Origin: Balanoglossus misakiensis
Taxonomy: Eukaryota; Animalia; Hemichordata
Assembly: GCA_040954595.2 (NCBI GenBank)
Contig: CM082597.2
Location: 2,352,349 to 2,416,348 of the forward strand
Length of the DNA stretch: 64,000 nt
Reading direction: 5' to 3'
The translations under genes and the position numbers were made by a program. The notes under the pieces were generated by a model. It did no database searches. It had not been told where the DNA came from and saw nothing but the letters and a program-made list of their open reading frames with translations. Of the stretch, positions 40,696 to 56,336 are shown piece after piece; position 1 is the first letter of the stretch, and the number at the start of each line of letters is the position of its first letter.

Positions 40696-43600
40696 TCACC
40701 CGGTGAGAACTCCGCCATCACAGCAAGCATTATCGGAGACTGAACTCTCGGTGTTGATGTACCAACACTCTCCAAACCTGGGACCTGGATACTTGACGAA
40801 AGCGAACGCCTTGCATCCGGGTTCGTTGTGACATTTCACGCAGCACTCTTCACGCGTAGCCACTACGTTCGTCATGCCATCGTTAAAGTATCTGCTCCCA
40901 TTGATGTACAAACCAACTTGTAAGATATTCGTCTGGTATCTACACCCTTCGAAAATAAATAACATTTGCAAAAAACAATATGAATTAATGATGGAAAACC
41001 TAAAACAATCCCCAAAGGATGGATTATGTTTTCATGTAACCAAGTACAAAACGTATACGTATACCGCAAGTTTTTTTTTATCTAGTTGTGATTACAATCT
41101 CTATATAGCATTATGTTAACTGGACAACTCAACCAGTCTCTAAATCATTTTACATCAACGTACCATCATTGCCTTGTTCAATTTTACTATCCATTAGTCC
41201 TGAATCCACATAAGTCTGGTGCTTCTGCCCATTCGACCATGGCTTCTTCAGCCAGCACTCGCGGTAAGATGCACTGTTCGGGTCTTTGAAGAACGACCAC
41301 GCCGTACAGCCAGAGGTGGCTCGGCAAGACTGGCAGCATTCGTCGCGGTTGGCGACCTTGTTCTGGGATCCATCGTTGATGCTGTAACCAGGGCGAAGGG
41401 TGTCCGGTTCGTACAGGCAACCTATGAAGCCAAGAAATCAGACTTATGTAATCGCGCACATGAAATAATTATCTGCTCATTGTTAGATCTAGGGAGACTT
41501 GGTTAATTAAAGGGAAGCGTTTCCTTGCTGGTATATGGGTGCCAATAATATCCCAGTGTATGAAAAACTGGAGAGATATATCTGAGTTGGTTTTCTTTCA
41601 TTTTTCACTCATCGGTAGCAACGTGGCGTCATATCCAGAAATACGGAAGCTTACCTCCCGCGTTGCATTCTGTTGGTTCACATTTCTCCGTTGTTGCTGG
41701 CTTAGCAGATTGACACTGTCCATCGGGGACGATTACACTTGCATCTTCACCTGATCTGCACGTGACTTGTCGAGTTTTCACGCCTTCGTCACAGGAAACC
41801 GAACATTCTCCCCAGTCACCGATGTTCCATCTGTTAGGGAGAACGCGAGAAATTCGTTAATCAGAGAAAAAATACAAGGAAAACGTATTGGGCTGTAAGA
41901 GTGATTGTATTAATTGTTGTCAGTCTCATTTGATAACAAAGGCCATTGTTTAAGGAATGTTTGTAAGTTTCACAAAGACAGGTGTCGACACGAGGTGGTG
42001 GGAATTTATTTAATGGTGATACATTCATTTCGGTCTGGAACAACTGGAGCACATGTGACTTTCCTTTTCCGTCTTGAATGTGTATATTGGCAGTACACAT
42101 ATTGTAATGAAATTTTCTCATTTTAAAGATAATTCTGAAAATCTGAAACCCATTTCTCTGTAAACCCCTGGAAATGTTACATACTGCGGCTGTGGGCAGT
42201 CTGGCATTGAACACGGCACTGGATCCGAGGAAGGTCTTGTGTTACTATCACAGTTGCTGTCGTCGACTGCTTGACCATCGGTTTCACGGATACACGCTAC
42301 TGTAGGCTGTTTAGTTCCTTCAAAGAAGCAATGTAAAAAAGTTGAAATGTCACTGTGGTCATAGTAACAAGCTGAATATTTGGCATGTCAACATGATGTA
42401 GGGGGTAGAACAAGAATCAGTAGGTGACGCGCACACCAAAAATAATGGAAATATTATCAGAACGTTACAGCTACTTTGCATTTAAATTCAGTTGGAAGCC
42501 TAACCTGTGCCACATGTTATGCTACAGGCTCCCTCAGTTCTCTTCCAATTGTATACAATTGGCGCCGGTGTGGTGACGACTGATTTGGGGCGGTAGTATG
42601 AATAGGCTATTTTCGGCCTAACAACTGATCCATAGTAGTCAGGATACTGTTGGAAAACCTGAAACATCAAGAAATATTATTTATATAACTAATATATTTT
42701 TGTGTGTAGTATTTAAATAATTAAAATTTGCTGGGCATATGTAATGAACTGATCACGACATTGCGCATGTGTAATGACATGACCAGGCAATTACACATGC
42801 GCAGTGACGTGGACTGGACTGGGCAGAATGCCGGAGTCTTGCTTACTAAATAGAACATACGCACTAAAGTTACATTTCAGAAATATTGTAGTAAATCCGT
42901 GAAAACTGGCAAATACCTGAACTTCAAGTTCAACCGGTATAACTCCTGGAACGGTGATGTTCTCATGTTCGTAGCTACCGCTATACATGAACACATTATT
43001 CGCGTATTCTTGTATCCCGTTCCTCGGAATATTTATACTGAGCGCGCCACCAAGTACGAAGCTGCCATTAAATTTTAGTCCTGTGAAGGAAAACTTGACA
43101 ATTAGCAGCTGATATACCTCAAAGTCTACTTCAATAAACCCACCATACAATTGAATGTCCTTAATTGAAATGTGGTCACGTGTCTGCGAACATACTATCA
43201 CCATGCTGATAAGACATTCAGGAAAGTCATTACAGATTGTTCTTGAGTAGTGTTAATCAATATGCCAACACTCAGATGAACGATCACGACCCTTAGCACT
43301 ACCATCCATTTCAATCCACTGCTATGATAATGACGTTAGTTACCACGTTAAACGATTTTGCTAAGTACTAGATGTTTAGGTCATAAAGGATGAGGGCCTA
43401 CTTACTGTTTTGGCGAGATAATTCATCTATGGATGTGCGGGGCTATAGTTATAAGCGTGTTTTTCTCTTTTGCAAATGAGTTTTAGTAGCTTTGAACATG
43501 GACATACCTAACACACAGTAAAGGCTCGTGTCGACGACCTTTAGGTTGGTGGACCCGGCTGGAACTGTCAAAACTGTCATGTACTCTGTAGAAGAAAGTG

Positions 43601-46600
43601 GGTTAGGTGATGTTATAACAGAATACTTTGCTGGTCCTGTCACACGAGAATATTCTCGCATATAAACTGCCAAGGCACGCGAGATCTCACAAAGTCTTGT
43701 GGAGTTCAGAAAATGATCTATTAGTGTGGGATGTGTGTTTGTGTCCTGTCCTTACCGCCTTTCTTTCCCTGGTTAACTGTTCCCTCAACCTTTTCACATC
43801 TATCACCGCTTCCTTTGCATACACCGCAGTTATCGAAAGCTGCATCTGAGTTTTCTTGGCCATCACAACCAAACGACTGTATTAAACAGAAAGGTGACAC
43901 GTTTATTAAGACTTGAATGTTGAAAAAAATTGTGAAGAGTGGTGTCGGTTAGGGTCATCTGAATTTTGAATTGTATCAACCGTACTCTTTAATCAGAAAA
44001 TGTTATATAGTCACCAACCAAGCATTTTCCTTGGACACAGGTCCTGTATGCATTGCTTTGAAAATTGCAGGGAGTTCCATCCTCAAAACGAGGTGCACCA
44101 TAGACGACGCTGCCAGATATGCACCATCCATCGCAAAAAGAATCATCTGTTGAGATGACGTAAATTCGTTTTAATTCATCAGGGCCTGCTATTATGCATG
44201 CCTAGACACATTTGGCACACATGGGCATAAGGCAGGACATATTCTACTCAAGGCTATTAATTCGTACAAGTCTGCTTAACTGAAAATTGTAATTTAAAGC
44301 CCAAGTTTGAGTTATTACTGCACCTAAAAGAAGGCATATGTTAACAGTTTGTTATATCTCCTAGCATATTATCAGAAATGACAGGCAAATATCTTACCAC
44401 CATAGCCATAGTAAGGAACAAACGTCTTGCCGTCTTTGTTCTTTTTGCTACAGTGTTGGTTTGCAAACGCAGTTGGCGGTACTGAGCAATCCTATGAAAA
44501 TGGAAGATTGGAGATAAAAAAGTGAATGAATTAATACACACACACACACACACACACATTTCATGAATTAAGAATGTATCTTTTTTACTGGGTTCACATC
44601 TAGGCCCATGGCCGGCCAAAACTAATCCCGATGATTGTGAGAAGAGAAGATAATCCTTGGTACGCGTTCACATTGTGTTTGGCACAGTCCTGGCCTACGT
44701 CGTCTCGCCAACCTTTGACCTTATACAGGTCAAGATGGCTGCCTTCGACAACAGAACCATGTTATTATTTTTGAAAGACAGTCACACAATTGTGTATTCT
44801 GTTTTACTCGGTTGGAGTAAAGGACAGTGGTTTTATTTACCTGGAGATTACACATCTGGTACATTTCATCACGTCCAGTACAAGGCTGCCCTCCATATTG
44901 TGGCCTAAAACGTAATATTGAACAAGTTTAACCCTTTCATCCCAGTTCCCTTTATAAAGGTCCAACTTTACCATATAAAACAATGGATTTGGATCAAACC
45001 AAAAATACGTAGTGGATATTTGGACAGAGGGGAGATTTCCCTGCATGTTCATCATTGAAGATGTATCAGGGTCCAATTTCATGAATAAAGGTAACTTTTT
45101 GCGGATTTGTTTTTAATTTGAAAAGAGAGAAAAGAGCTTACTTCGGGTTAGTGCAATACCGTCGTTTGGTCTGTATCCCTCCGCCACAACTTCGCGAACA
45201 GGATGAATAATCAGCGTCGTAGTCTGACCATCCACCATTGATAGGGGCAGGGCCCTCAGCGCCAAAGTCGACACACTGTCCCTTAATACACCACTATAGA
45301 ATACGCACCGGTGGAAGAAGAAGAAAAAAGACATGGGTTTCTTTGAAATGTAGGGCCTAAGTCTGAGTTGCAGTTGTTCGCAGTGTGTTATGCTTGTACA
45401 TGATTTATATTTTTGTAACAATAGGAAAATTTGTGTCTGTATACGTTTTATAGAAATATTTTATAGAAAAATGACTTTACCGACCTTCCTTTCCGCACAT
45501 TGAGTTCCTTCCATAGGCGGCGCTAAATATGCGTGACAGTTTGATGATGAATCGATAGTACACATTAGGTTTACGCAGTTGGTCTGCAGGCGGGAGAAAA
45601 AGAAATTTCATAATCTATGACAAGGACGTTATTCCATGTGCCAAACCAGAGACTCTGGTTACACTAATTTAATACATTCAATGCCATAAGGCGGCGTGCT
45701 GTCCTAACAACAGACAAGATGGCGGCGACCACAGTTTTTGTCGAAAGTCGGGAGAAGACTGCTGGGGAAAAGAAAGGACAAAACTAAAAGTAAGCGAAGA
45801 CAGTCCACTATTTGAATGCATCGAAAGCAAAAATGCAGAACATTTGGATTAGACGCAATGTTTTTACATATGAAATTACGCACATGTGCATAAGACGTAA
45901 CGTTACCTTACCGTATCTCCCCAACACTGTAAGGCATGCCATCCCCAGATGAACTTGCATTGCATGGTACGGTTGTAGACAATGCCAGGTGCCTGACCAG
46001 TCAGAGAGGTGTCGATGACCACACTGCTAATGGGATCGTCATTAAAGCACGAAGATGCTGATGAACTGAACACGTAGAAAAAGAAGAAAACAAGCAGGAT
46101 TGGTGATAAAAAAATGAGATAATGAAATATTTTGTAATATTCGCGTCAGATTTCGTCGTTCTAATAATGTAACAATGGTCAGAAGTATGTAACTCTAATT
46201 TGATTACCTGAAAAAGGCCTGTGCTTGAGTAGCGGAGCAACTTGACCATTCGAACACTTTACCGCCACTTGTAACGGTTGTCGACATGATGTTCACACCC
46301 TCAGCACAGCCATTGTCACCGTCATGGCCAACGTGCAATCTGCAAGAAACATTCAAAACTACAATCCCACATCTTCCAACATAACCCGCCTGTACGCAAT
46401 CGACAGTATGATTGTTAAAATTGTTTTCAAGTCCGGACTTGAATGCGTTTGTCAACAATAATAATATGATCAATACACAAACACACGACTTGCTAACAAG
46501 GAGAACAAACAATGGATGTGTTGGGAAACGTGGATATGGTCAAAACGAAAAAGACATACTGAAATAAAATCCAGAATTTACACATAGTGGCCCTTTAATG

Positions 46601-48791
46601 TGTCTTGCATGTAAGCAAACATTGTCAAGAACATATAGAGTGTAGTTATACTTACAAATGTGCAATTTCATGAGCTCCGGAGAAGACACTGCTTAAGCCA
46701 TTGGCTCTTACCAGCGCACACTGACGCCCAGGATCACAAGCCCCATTTGCATATGCGACACCCCCAATTCCGATGTTCCTTCTGTAAATATAAAACAAAG
46801 TGTCCAGATGTGCAGACTTGTGGAAATATATAGTCAGCAGTTTTGAGTCAACGATTCGATGTCCACGCCGCAAAATACGGATATTGTGTCGCTCACGAGT
46901 CAAAGTTATCAGATTCTTTCGTACGAGAGAGGTGGAATTATTGACTGCATGTCGTCTGGTATGTTGTAATTCCGGTCCATGTGCTACACATGGCGCCATT
47001 GGATAACGATTGTTGCGCCTTTAAGCTTATAAAGGCAAAGATGTTTATTCCCCAATTGTTTCACCGCCGGGGGTGTGCCCCACATGCAGTAAGTTACATG
47101 ACTACATTGTACTTACCTAGATAAAAGCACAGATATGTCGGAGTGTGATGGATCACTATCATCCGCCGTGTTCATAGTTCTCTGGTACTTGCAGAATGAA
47201 CTCACCAAGGTGACGGCATCATCTGACAAAGGAAAGCCGTCCTGTTGATGATAAATATGTTCAAATATCGATTATTATACCAGTCCAGCAAGGTATTTGC
47301 ACAAGGGGGGGGGGGGGCATGTGTATAAATGGGGATCAGCTAAGGTAGAAAAAAGGGCATATCAGTGACCAAAGAGGAAATTAATTATAAAATCATCTTC
47401 TTAGCCCCTGTATTTCAGGAAATGATCGATTTAATAACGTCATTTATAAGCGAAATGTTAAGAAAGTTCTTTAAAATTACATACTACACTAAAACATCTG
47501 AATTTTTACATACAACGTCTGCTTTCAAAATGACAAGTTTCACAAGGTTGATTTCGACATCCACGCCAAAGCTGGGGTCCCTGAAAAAGCCAGAAATCTG
47601 TAATGAAAAATTCATGAGTTAATTACATGACCACCTGTCTCATCAAAATATATTTACATACCAAACCAATTAGGCATTAACCCGCATAAAACAAAAAGCA
47701 AACAGTTAATTTTTTTGCCCATTAAATTATCAAGGCTCGAGAATAATGAAAACCTTATTAAAACAGAGTACGACTGGTCCGAGTATAGTATGCATGATAC
47801 TAAAGTAGAGTTAAATATGAAGGGTAGCTGGAGAAACGAAAGGCGATATAATTTCTGTTTCGTGAGTCACTGGACTCGCTTATCAGGAGACTAAAGCTTT
47901 TAGAGATTATGCGCTTATCCTTCACCAGCTATCCTTAATTTATATATGTAGTAGTCAACTCACAACGTTCATCACTGTTAGAATGTAGTTTTCCGTCATA
48001 TCTCCATAATAATCAAACACAGTGTGATCTGCAACCACCATTGTTTCTAAATGTTTCCTGCCACTGCTTGCTGCGTCTCGGCGGTACGTCGTCTCTGATT
48101 GGTCCATGACTGAAGCAGGCGAATGAATATCTTTATAGGGAGAACCATTTGAGGTGGGAGGGGGTGTCAACAATTTGTTTATCAACCGTTGATACAGCAT
48201 TTATTTTTATTGTCCGACCCATTTTTTGTCAAGGCACTGTATTGCAGATTCATGTGACCAAGTGGCTTTAGTTTTGTATCAGTCTAGAATCATGATTGAA
48301 TCTTTTAAATATAGCATAGGACCCGACAAGTTCTATATGCCTAGTTGGTTAGCACAATCTGTTGTTTGCAATCTCGCCAACGCCTTACCGGTATCATCAA
48401 CGTAAGAATCATACACTTGTGCTTGTCTCTTGTACACGATGTGAGGGTCGACGTTATCTGAAAATTCTCTCCGCACGCGGGAATCGTACCCATGTCGCAG
48501 TGGCTGAACAACAATTTCCTCTCCATCAACGTGGACGACGCCACTCTGTAACAAAACATGTCAGTGCATTTATGATTCTGGATTATTTTGTGATAATAAT
48601 TAATTTATCATAACACCTCTTGGAAATATGTAACTGTTAGCATAGCGCTCTCGTACATTATACTATAGATTGCAGTGCGTAAATTGAGTTCAAATGACAG
48701 AGAATCGTATGGCAGAAGGAACATGTTTGAAATAACCACTTCCAGTATACAGTTAACATAGTGCGTTTGAGAGATTCGCCATGGCCGTATT

Positions 48792-48827
<36 letters not shown>

Positions 48828-50180
48828 TCATCATTAAGAACTATACCATTCCATCGAAGTTACACAAAGCCGCCCGAGAATTGTGACGTTCTGAAACTTT
48901 GCCATGGTAACATGAGTGAGCACTCCTGACGTTAATTCTGGACGGCCCCTGAGCTTCTACCTCGTGAACAATAAAGGCTGGCACCAAAAGACCTGTAGTT
49001 GAAAAATGTTATGAAGAGACTCTCAATTTGAGAAGATTTCATTTCGTACATGATCTGACGTCTATAATAAACCATTTATTTTTTGATTTGGTACAAGCAG
49101 ATCTACTGAACAGTGAAACAAAATGCTGTAAAAGGAAAGTCAATAATATTCCAACCGAAGACTTTGAAAATTTACGATTTGGAAACTTCCAGAAAACATG
49201 TCAAAATTTCCCCGCAAGGTTTCAGCGTTACATTTCAATATTATCTTCGACTTCGTATTACAACTATTCTCTAAACTCGTAGCCGGTATTTTTATTTGTC
49301 GTAACGACATCATTGCACTTGGAATTAGCGATAGAATTATTACTCTTTAAAATCTTGATGAAATATCTTTAAAATGAAAATATATTACTGTACCTTCTGT
49401 CTTTCTAAGTTCAATTTGAAGGGGTTTACCAAAGGCGTCAATCTTAATCGTCATTTCACTTTGGTCTTCAGTCGACCTTTTAAAGGCGTACCCTTCGGTC
49501 ACCGCTTCGCGTTGGCCCATTCGGTCAAAGGGGTCACCACCGTCGGTCACCGACTCTGGTTCAGCTCGTTCAACGATGACCCCATCAGTGGTCGGCCATT
49601 CACGCTCCGCTCGGTCAACCTTGATTCCGTCGTCCGTCACTACTTCAAGGTCCGTGATGTGGTATTCAGGAACTGTGAGCATAAGAACAAAAACCGTGTG
49701 ATACCAAATATGGAGATAGGGCAATTTCTGCCCAGATGAGAAATGTCAGATATATTTTATATATATATAGAGAGAGAGAGTCATTTATTGCTCGTGCATG
49801 CAACACAAGCGCCTTACCTTGATCAACCGAACGCACTTCGAAGTAATGCATAAGTTCCTCTTCAGACATGGAAAAATGGACCTGCATTGGTGAAACGCAT
49901 TATGAGGGGATTGAAAACATAATCGTTTGTACATGTGCAAGTAGAATCAGGAATACATTCTGAGTGAGTAGTTTACAAACTTTGTGATATATACTTGAAA
50001 ATAAGGCGATTCATATATATATAGAAAGTTGAAATACTTGCAGCACGAAAACACCCGATCGTCTGCATACACGACAAACATCAAATGATAACGGTCAATC
50101 GTGTACACTACCTCTGGTGTCTTGATAACACTGGCGTTGGCAATGCCGACAATAGCTAGCAAAACCACCAACGACGCCAT
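40696..50180 (-). CDS. ADAMTS-family metalloprotease with two C-terminal PAN/apple domains (multi-exon)
   Basis: Signal peptide [16 protein letters not shown] and a prodomain precede the M12B domain ([21 protein letters not shown], Met-turn NIMS, WSSCS). Then follow a disintegrin-like segment (PMEGTQC), TSP1 ([20 protein letters not shown]), Cys-rich region ([18 protein letters not shown]), spacer ([10 protein letters not shown]), two more TSP1 repeats ([16 protein letters not shown]) and two PAN exons. AATAAA lies ~60 nt past the stop. Confidence 0.9.
47820..47936. mobile_element. Short hairpin/MITE-like element in an ADAMTS intron
   Basis: AAGGGTAGCTGGAGAA pairs with TTCACCAGCTATCCTT (14 of 16 complementary). 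Confidence 0.5.
48793..48826. repeat. (CAA)n microsatellite
   Basis: About 11 direct CAA units in an ADAMTS intron. Confidence 0.9.
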
Positions 50181-50226
50181 TTTGTATTTAAGACTTTTGT
50201 CCGATGTGATGTGCAGACGACATTCC

Positions 50227-50233
50227 TTTTATA
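50227..50233 (-). promoter_or_regulatory. TATA box of the ADAMTS gene
   Basis: TATAAAA on the minus strand, ~50 bp upstream of the ATG at 50180. Confidence 0.55.
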
Positions 50234-51310
50234 ACCAAGAATGATCAATTTACATGACGTTTTACAGAAGCAAATTGTTATCGATTTAAAATATATATAT
50301 TCCAAGGCTACAGTTTAAGCATAATCGTAATCATATTAAGCAAAAGGCGGGCAATAGAAATTGTAATTTTCTATTTTTAACAGACATTGGCTAATAGTTT
50401 TGACTTTTAAGAATGCAGGTAGCAATTTGAAATAAAAAAAAAACGTTTAGGCCTACATGTACATGTCTGAATAATGCTAAAAATATGCTTTCTTGCGATA
50501 TTATACCCAAGATTTAAGGTTTCATACCCCGTGTTCCAGGGTTTATGGTTTTTCATGTCTAAGAAAATATTGGACTGGTTCGTCTACTTTACGAATTCGC
50601 GGGTACTTATAAAACAAGTTATATTAAGTATTCCACTGGTATGTTGTCGATATTTACAGCATCGTACACTTAATTAAGTTTGGATTTGTCAGGGTTGTTT
50701 ATTAATCATTTTGCAAGGCCTTCTCAGAATCGGTTATATAATACAACTAATTTATGCGAGAATTGTTCATATTATGGTAATTTGGGCGCTGGAACCCTCT
50801 CAAGTTTGGATATTTCATGATATAAATATTATAATATATAAATATCGACAACATACCAGTAGAATACTTAATATAACTTGTATATTATACATTTTCTACA
50901 TTCGGCCATGTCAGCTTTTATTCCCAACTAACTAACCCAAGTTCTCATGGGCGTCTAAAATCGAATTACATTTATAGGATATATGGTGTGGTTATTAATA
51001 CTTGTAATAATCGTTCAATACAAACTATGTTGTTGATGATCACGCATACAAGACTATAACATGCATATGCCTTAGATCTGCCCACTCACCCAATGAGGGC
51101 GTATTCTATACACCATATAGTTTTTTATTACACAAAATATAGCCAAAGATAAGACATACATGCAGAAGGTAATTTTTTTCTGCATTAGGAAATCGACTTG
51201 GTACTAACTTAAAATGGGCAACATACATACAAACGAGAAACCCAAAATCCAGAATTAAAAGAAATGACAATACTTTCAATTTTACTGATCGTACATCCTT
51301 AAATCTAATA

Positions 51311-54335
<3,025 letters not shown>

Positions 54336-55288
54336 GTCTTTCGGTTTTGAGGACTCAGAAAAGTTCGATTAGGCGAGTTAGTAGTCGACTATACTGATAG
54401 CCTCCAAGTTAGCTGACACCTCGGACGAGTGAATGCCACAGTGAATAATACAAGGACTAAATCACATGTACACAAAGGCACCCAAAATGAGGCGGTGGAT
54501 AGGTCACTGTCCGGTTGTGATAATGTGATCGTGGACATTAGATCTTCCACGTCACGTAGTTAGTCCACCGGATTAAATCTTATCTGTCCCTATAGGCCCT
54601 ATGTTTATGTGACACCACAGTGATGGAGGGAGTTATTATTATTATTATAAACTTTATTTCGGACTCATGGTCCATATTACAGTAGGATTAGTTGAAAGGG
54701 GAAAAAATAGATTACATTCGTTTAACTTCGTTTGGGATTGGGAAGGTGTTTCGCGTCACTTTTTATATTAAAAAGGGCAAGGCACGATTGCAGATTGTGA
54801 TCTAGGCAGTGAGGCCAGACGCTGGGTATGTCTTATGTTCAAATGAGTAACAATAATCACAAAAGCCCAAGGCCAATCTTTCAGTGTAATACATTGGAGA
54901 CAACCTGAACTGATTCAGTCCTGTGCGGGCGCTCCGGCTCACTGAACTACCACTGATTTATTAACTCGCCCGCTAGGTGGCGTGCTTCAAGCTTGACATT
55001 TTCCTGTACTGGTGTGGTGCATGGAAGACTGATTTCACGTGAAACGCGGGTAAACGCTTTATTTCCAATTGCATTTCAGACTGTTTATGTTACGCTTGTG
55101 GTCGACATGCAGCTGAGTAGGATTTTTGTGGAGTTGCTGGATTGGTTTCACGTTTTCAAGTGGTGTTTCGTCCGCCGAGATGTCAGCTAGATGATTCGGA
55201 AAAACAAGATGGCGGCGCCCACAAGCATTACAACAACACGTGCATATTTCCATAAGGTAGGCTATAGTACTTCTTCACTATGTGCTTT

Positions 55289-55551
55289 CATGATTTTGGC
55301 ATTTTCATGTCATATGCATGGGTTATAGCTCATACACGCTCAAAACATGTCAAATCCATGACTTCCGGAATTTTCATGATTTTGACATTTTCATATCATA
55401 TGCATGGGTTATAGCTCATACATGCTCAAAAAATGTCAAATCCATGACTTGCTGAATTTTCATGATTTTGACTTTTTCATGTCATATGCATGGGTTATAG
55501 CTCATACATGCTCAAAAAATGTCAAATCCATGACTTGCTGAATTTTCATGA
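55289..55551. repeat. Three tandem 86-bp units, each internally palindromic
   Basis: CATGATTT starts at 55289, 55375, 55461 and 55547. Unit arms are CATGATTTTGACATTTT and AAAATGTCAAATCCATG. Confidence 0.85.
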
Positions 55552-55777
55552 TTTATGTTAATGTACATGTGTATATGTAGTGAATGAACATTCAACCACA
55601 CACATCGTCAATCCCGCTTGTATTACATGAGAGTAAACATTCGCCCAAAATGAATAAATGGTAAAGACTGATTATTCAATATAGCAAGTTTTTTCACTCT
55701 CATGTCTACAAGCAGGATGGAAGGTGTGTGTGGTCGAATGTAGATTCACTATACATCCACATGTACATTAACATAAA
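55552..55777. mobile_element. MITE-like inverted-repeat element
   Basis: Perfect 20-bp terminal inverted repeat TTTATGTTAATGTACATGTG / CACATGTACATTAACATAAA, extending imperfectly to ~50 bp. Confidence 0.7.
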
Positions 55778-56336
55778 CGTTGTCTTGTATCAAACATAAT
55801 TACTTGTAATGGAAAAGGCTACGAGAGATTAAAATCATACTTTGTTTTGTTTTGTTTTGTTTAGGAATTGCTGTTGTTTTATTCTTTATTGTTTTGTAAT
55901 ATATATACTAATGGAAAATTGTATCTTTCAGATTCCACATTTTGAATGGAAATCTATGACCCTATCATCGAAAGAAGACCGTGAACATTATCTTTTCAAG
56001 AAGATATTCAACCAGGAATAATTTTACAACCTAAAATGCCATTTTCTTCGACATTGATAGACCATTGATAGGGGTTCAGAGTGCCCTGTTTTAATAGTCC
56101 ATTGTAACAGAACTATTATCAGTATTACATAAAGAAATTGGAGCAATATTTTAGTCACTTCAATCTTCATGAATGTCACTTGCAGTAAAAAGAAATAAAA
56201 CATTGCTATATTGCAATTTCAACTGTAAAGTTTTGTTGACTGTTTTATGCAAATCAGAAACAAAAAAGGCGTGTATGTATGTATGTATGTATCTGTACAT
56301 GTCTGTCTGTCTATGTATGTATGTACATGTATACAT

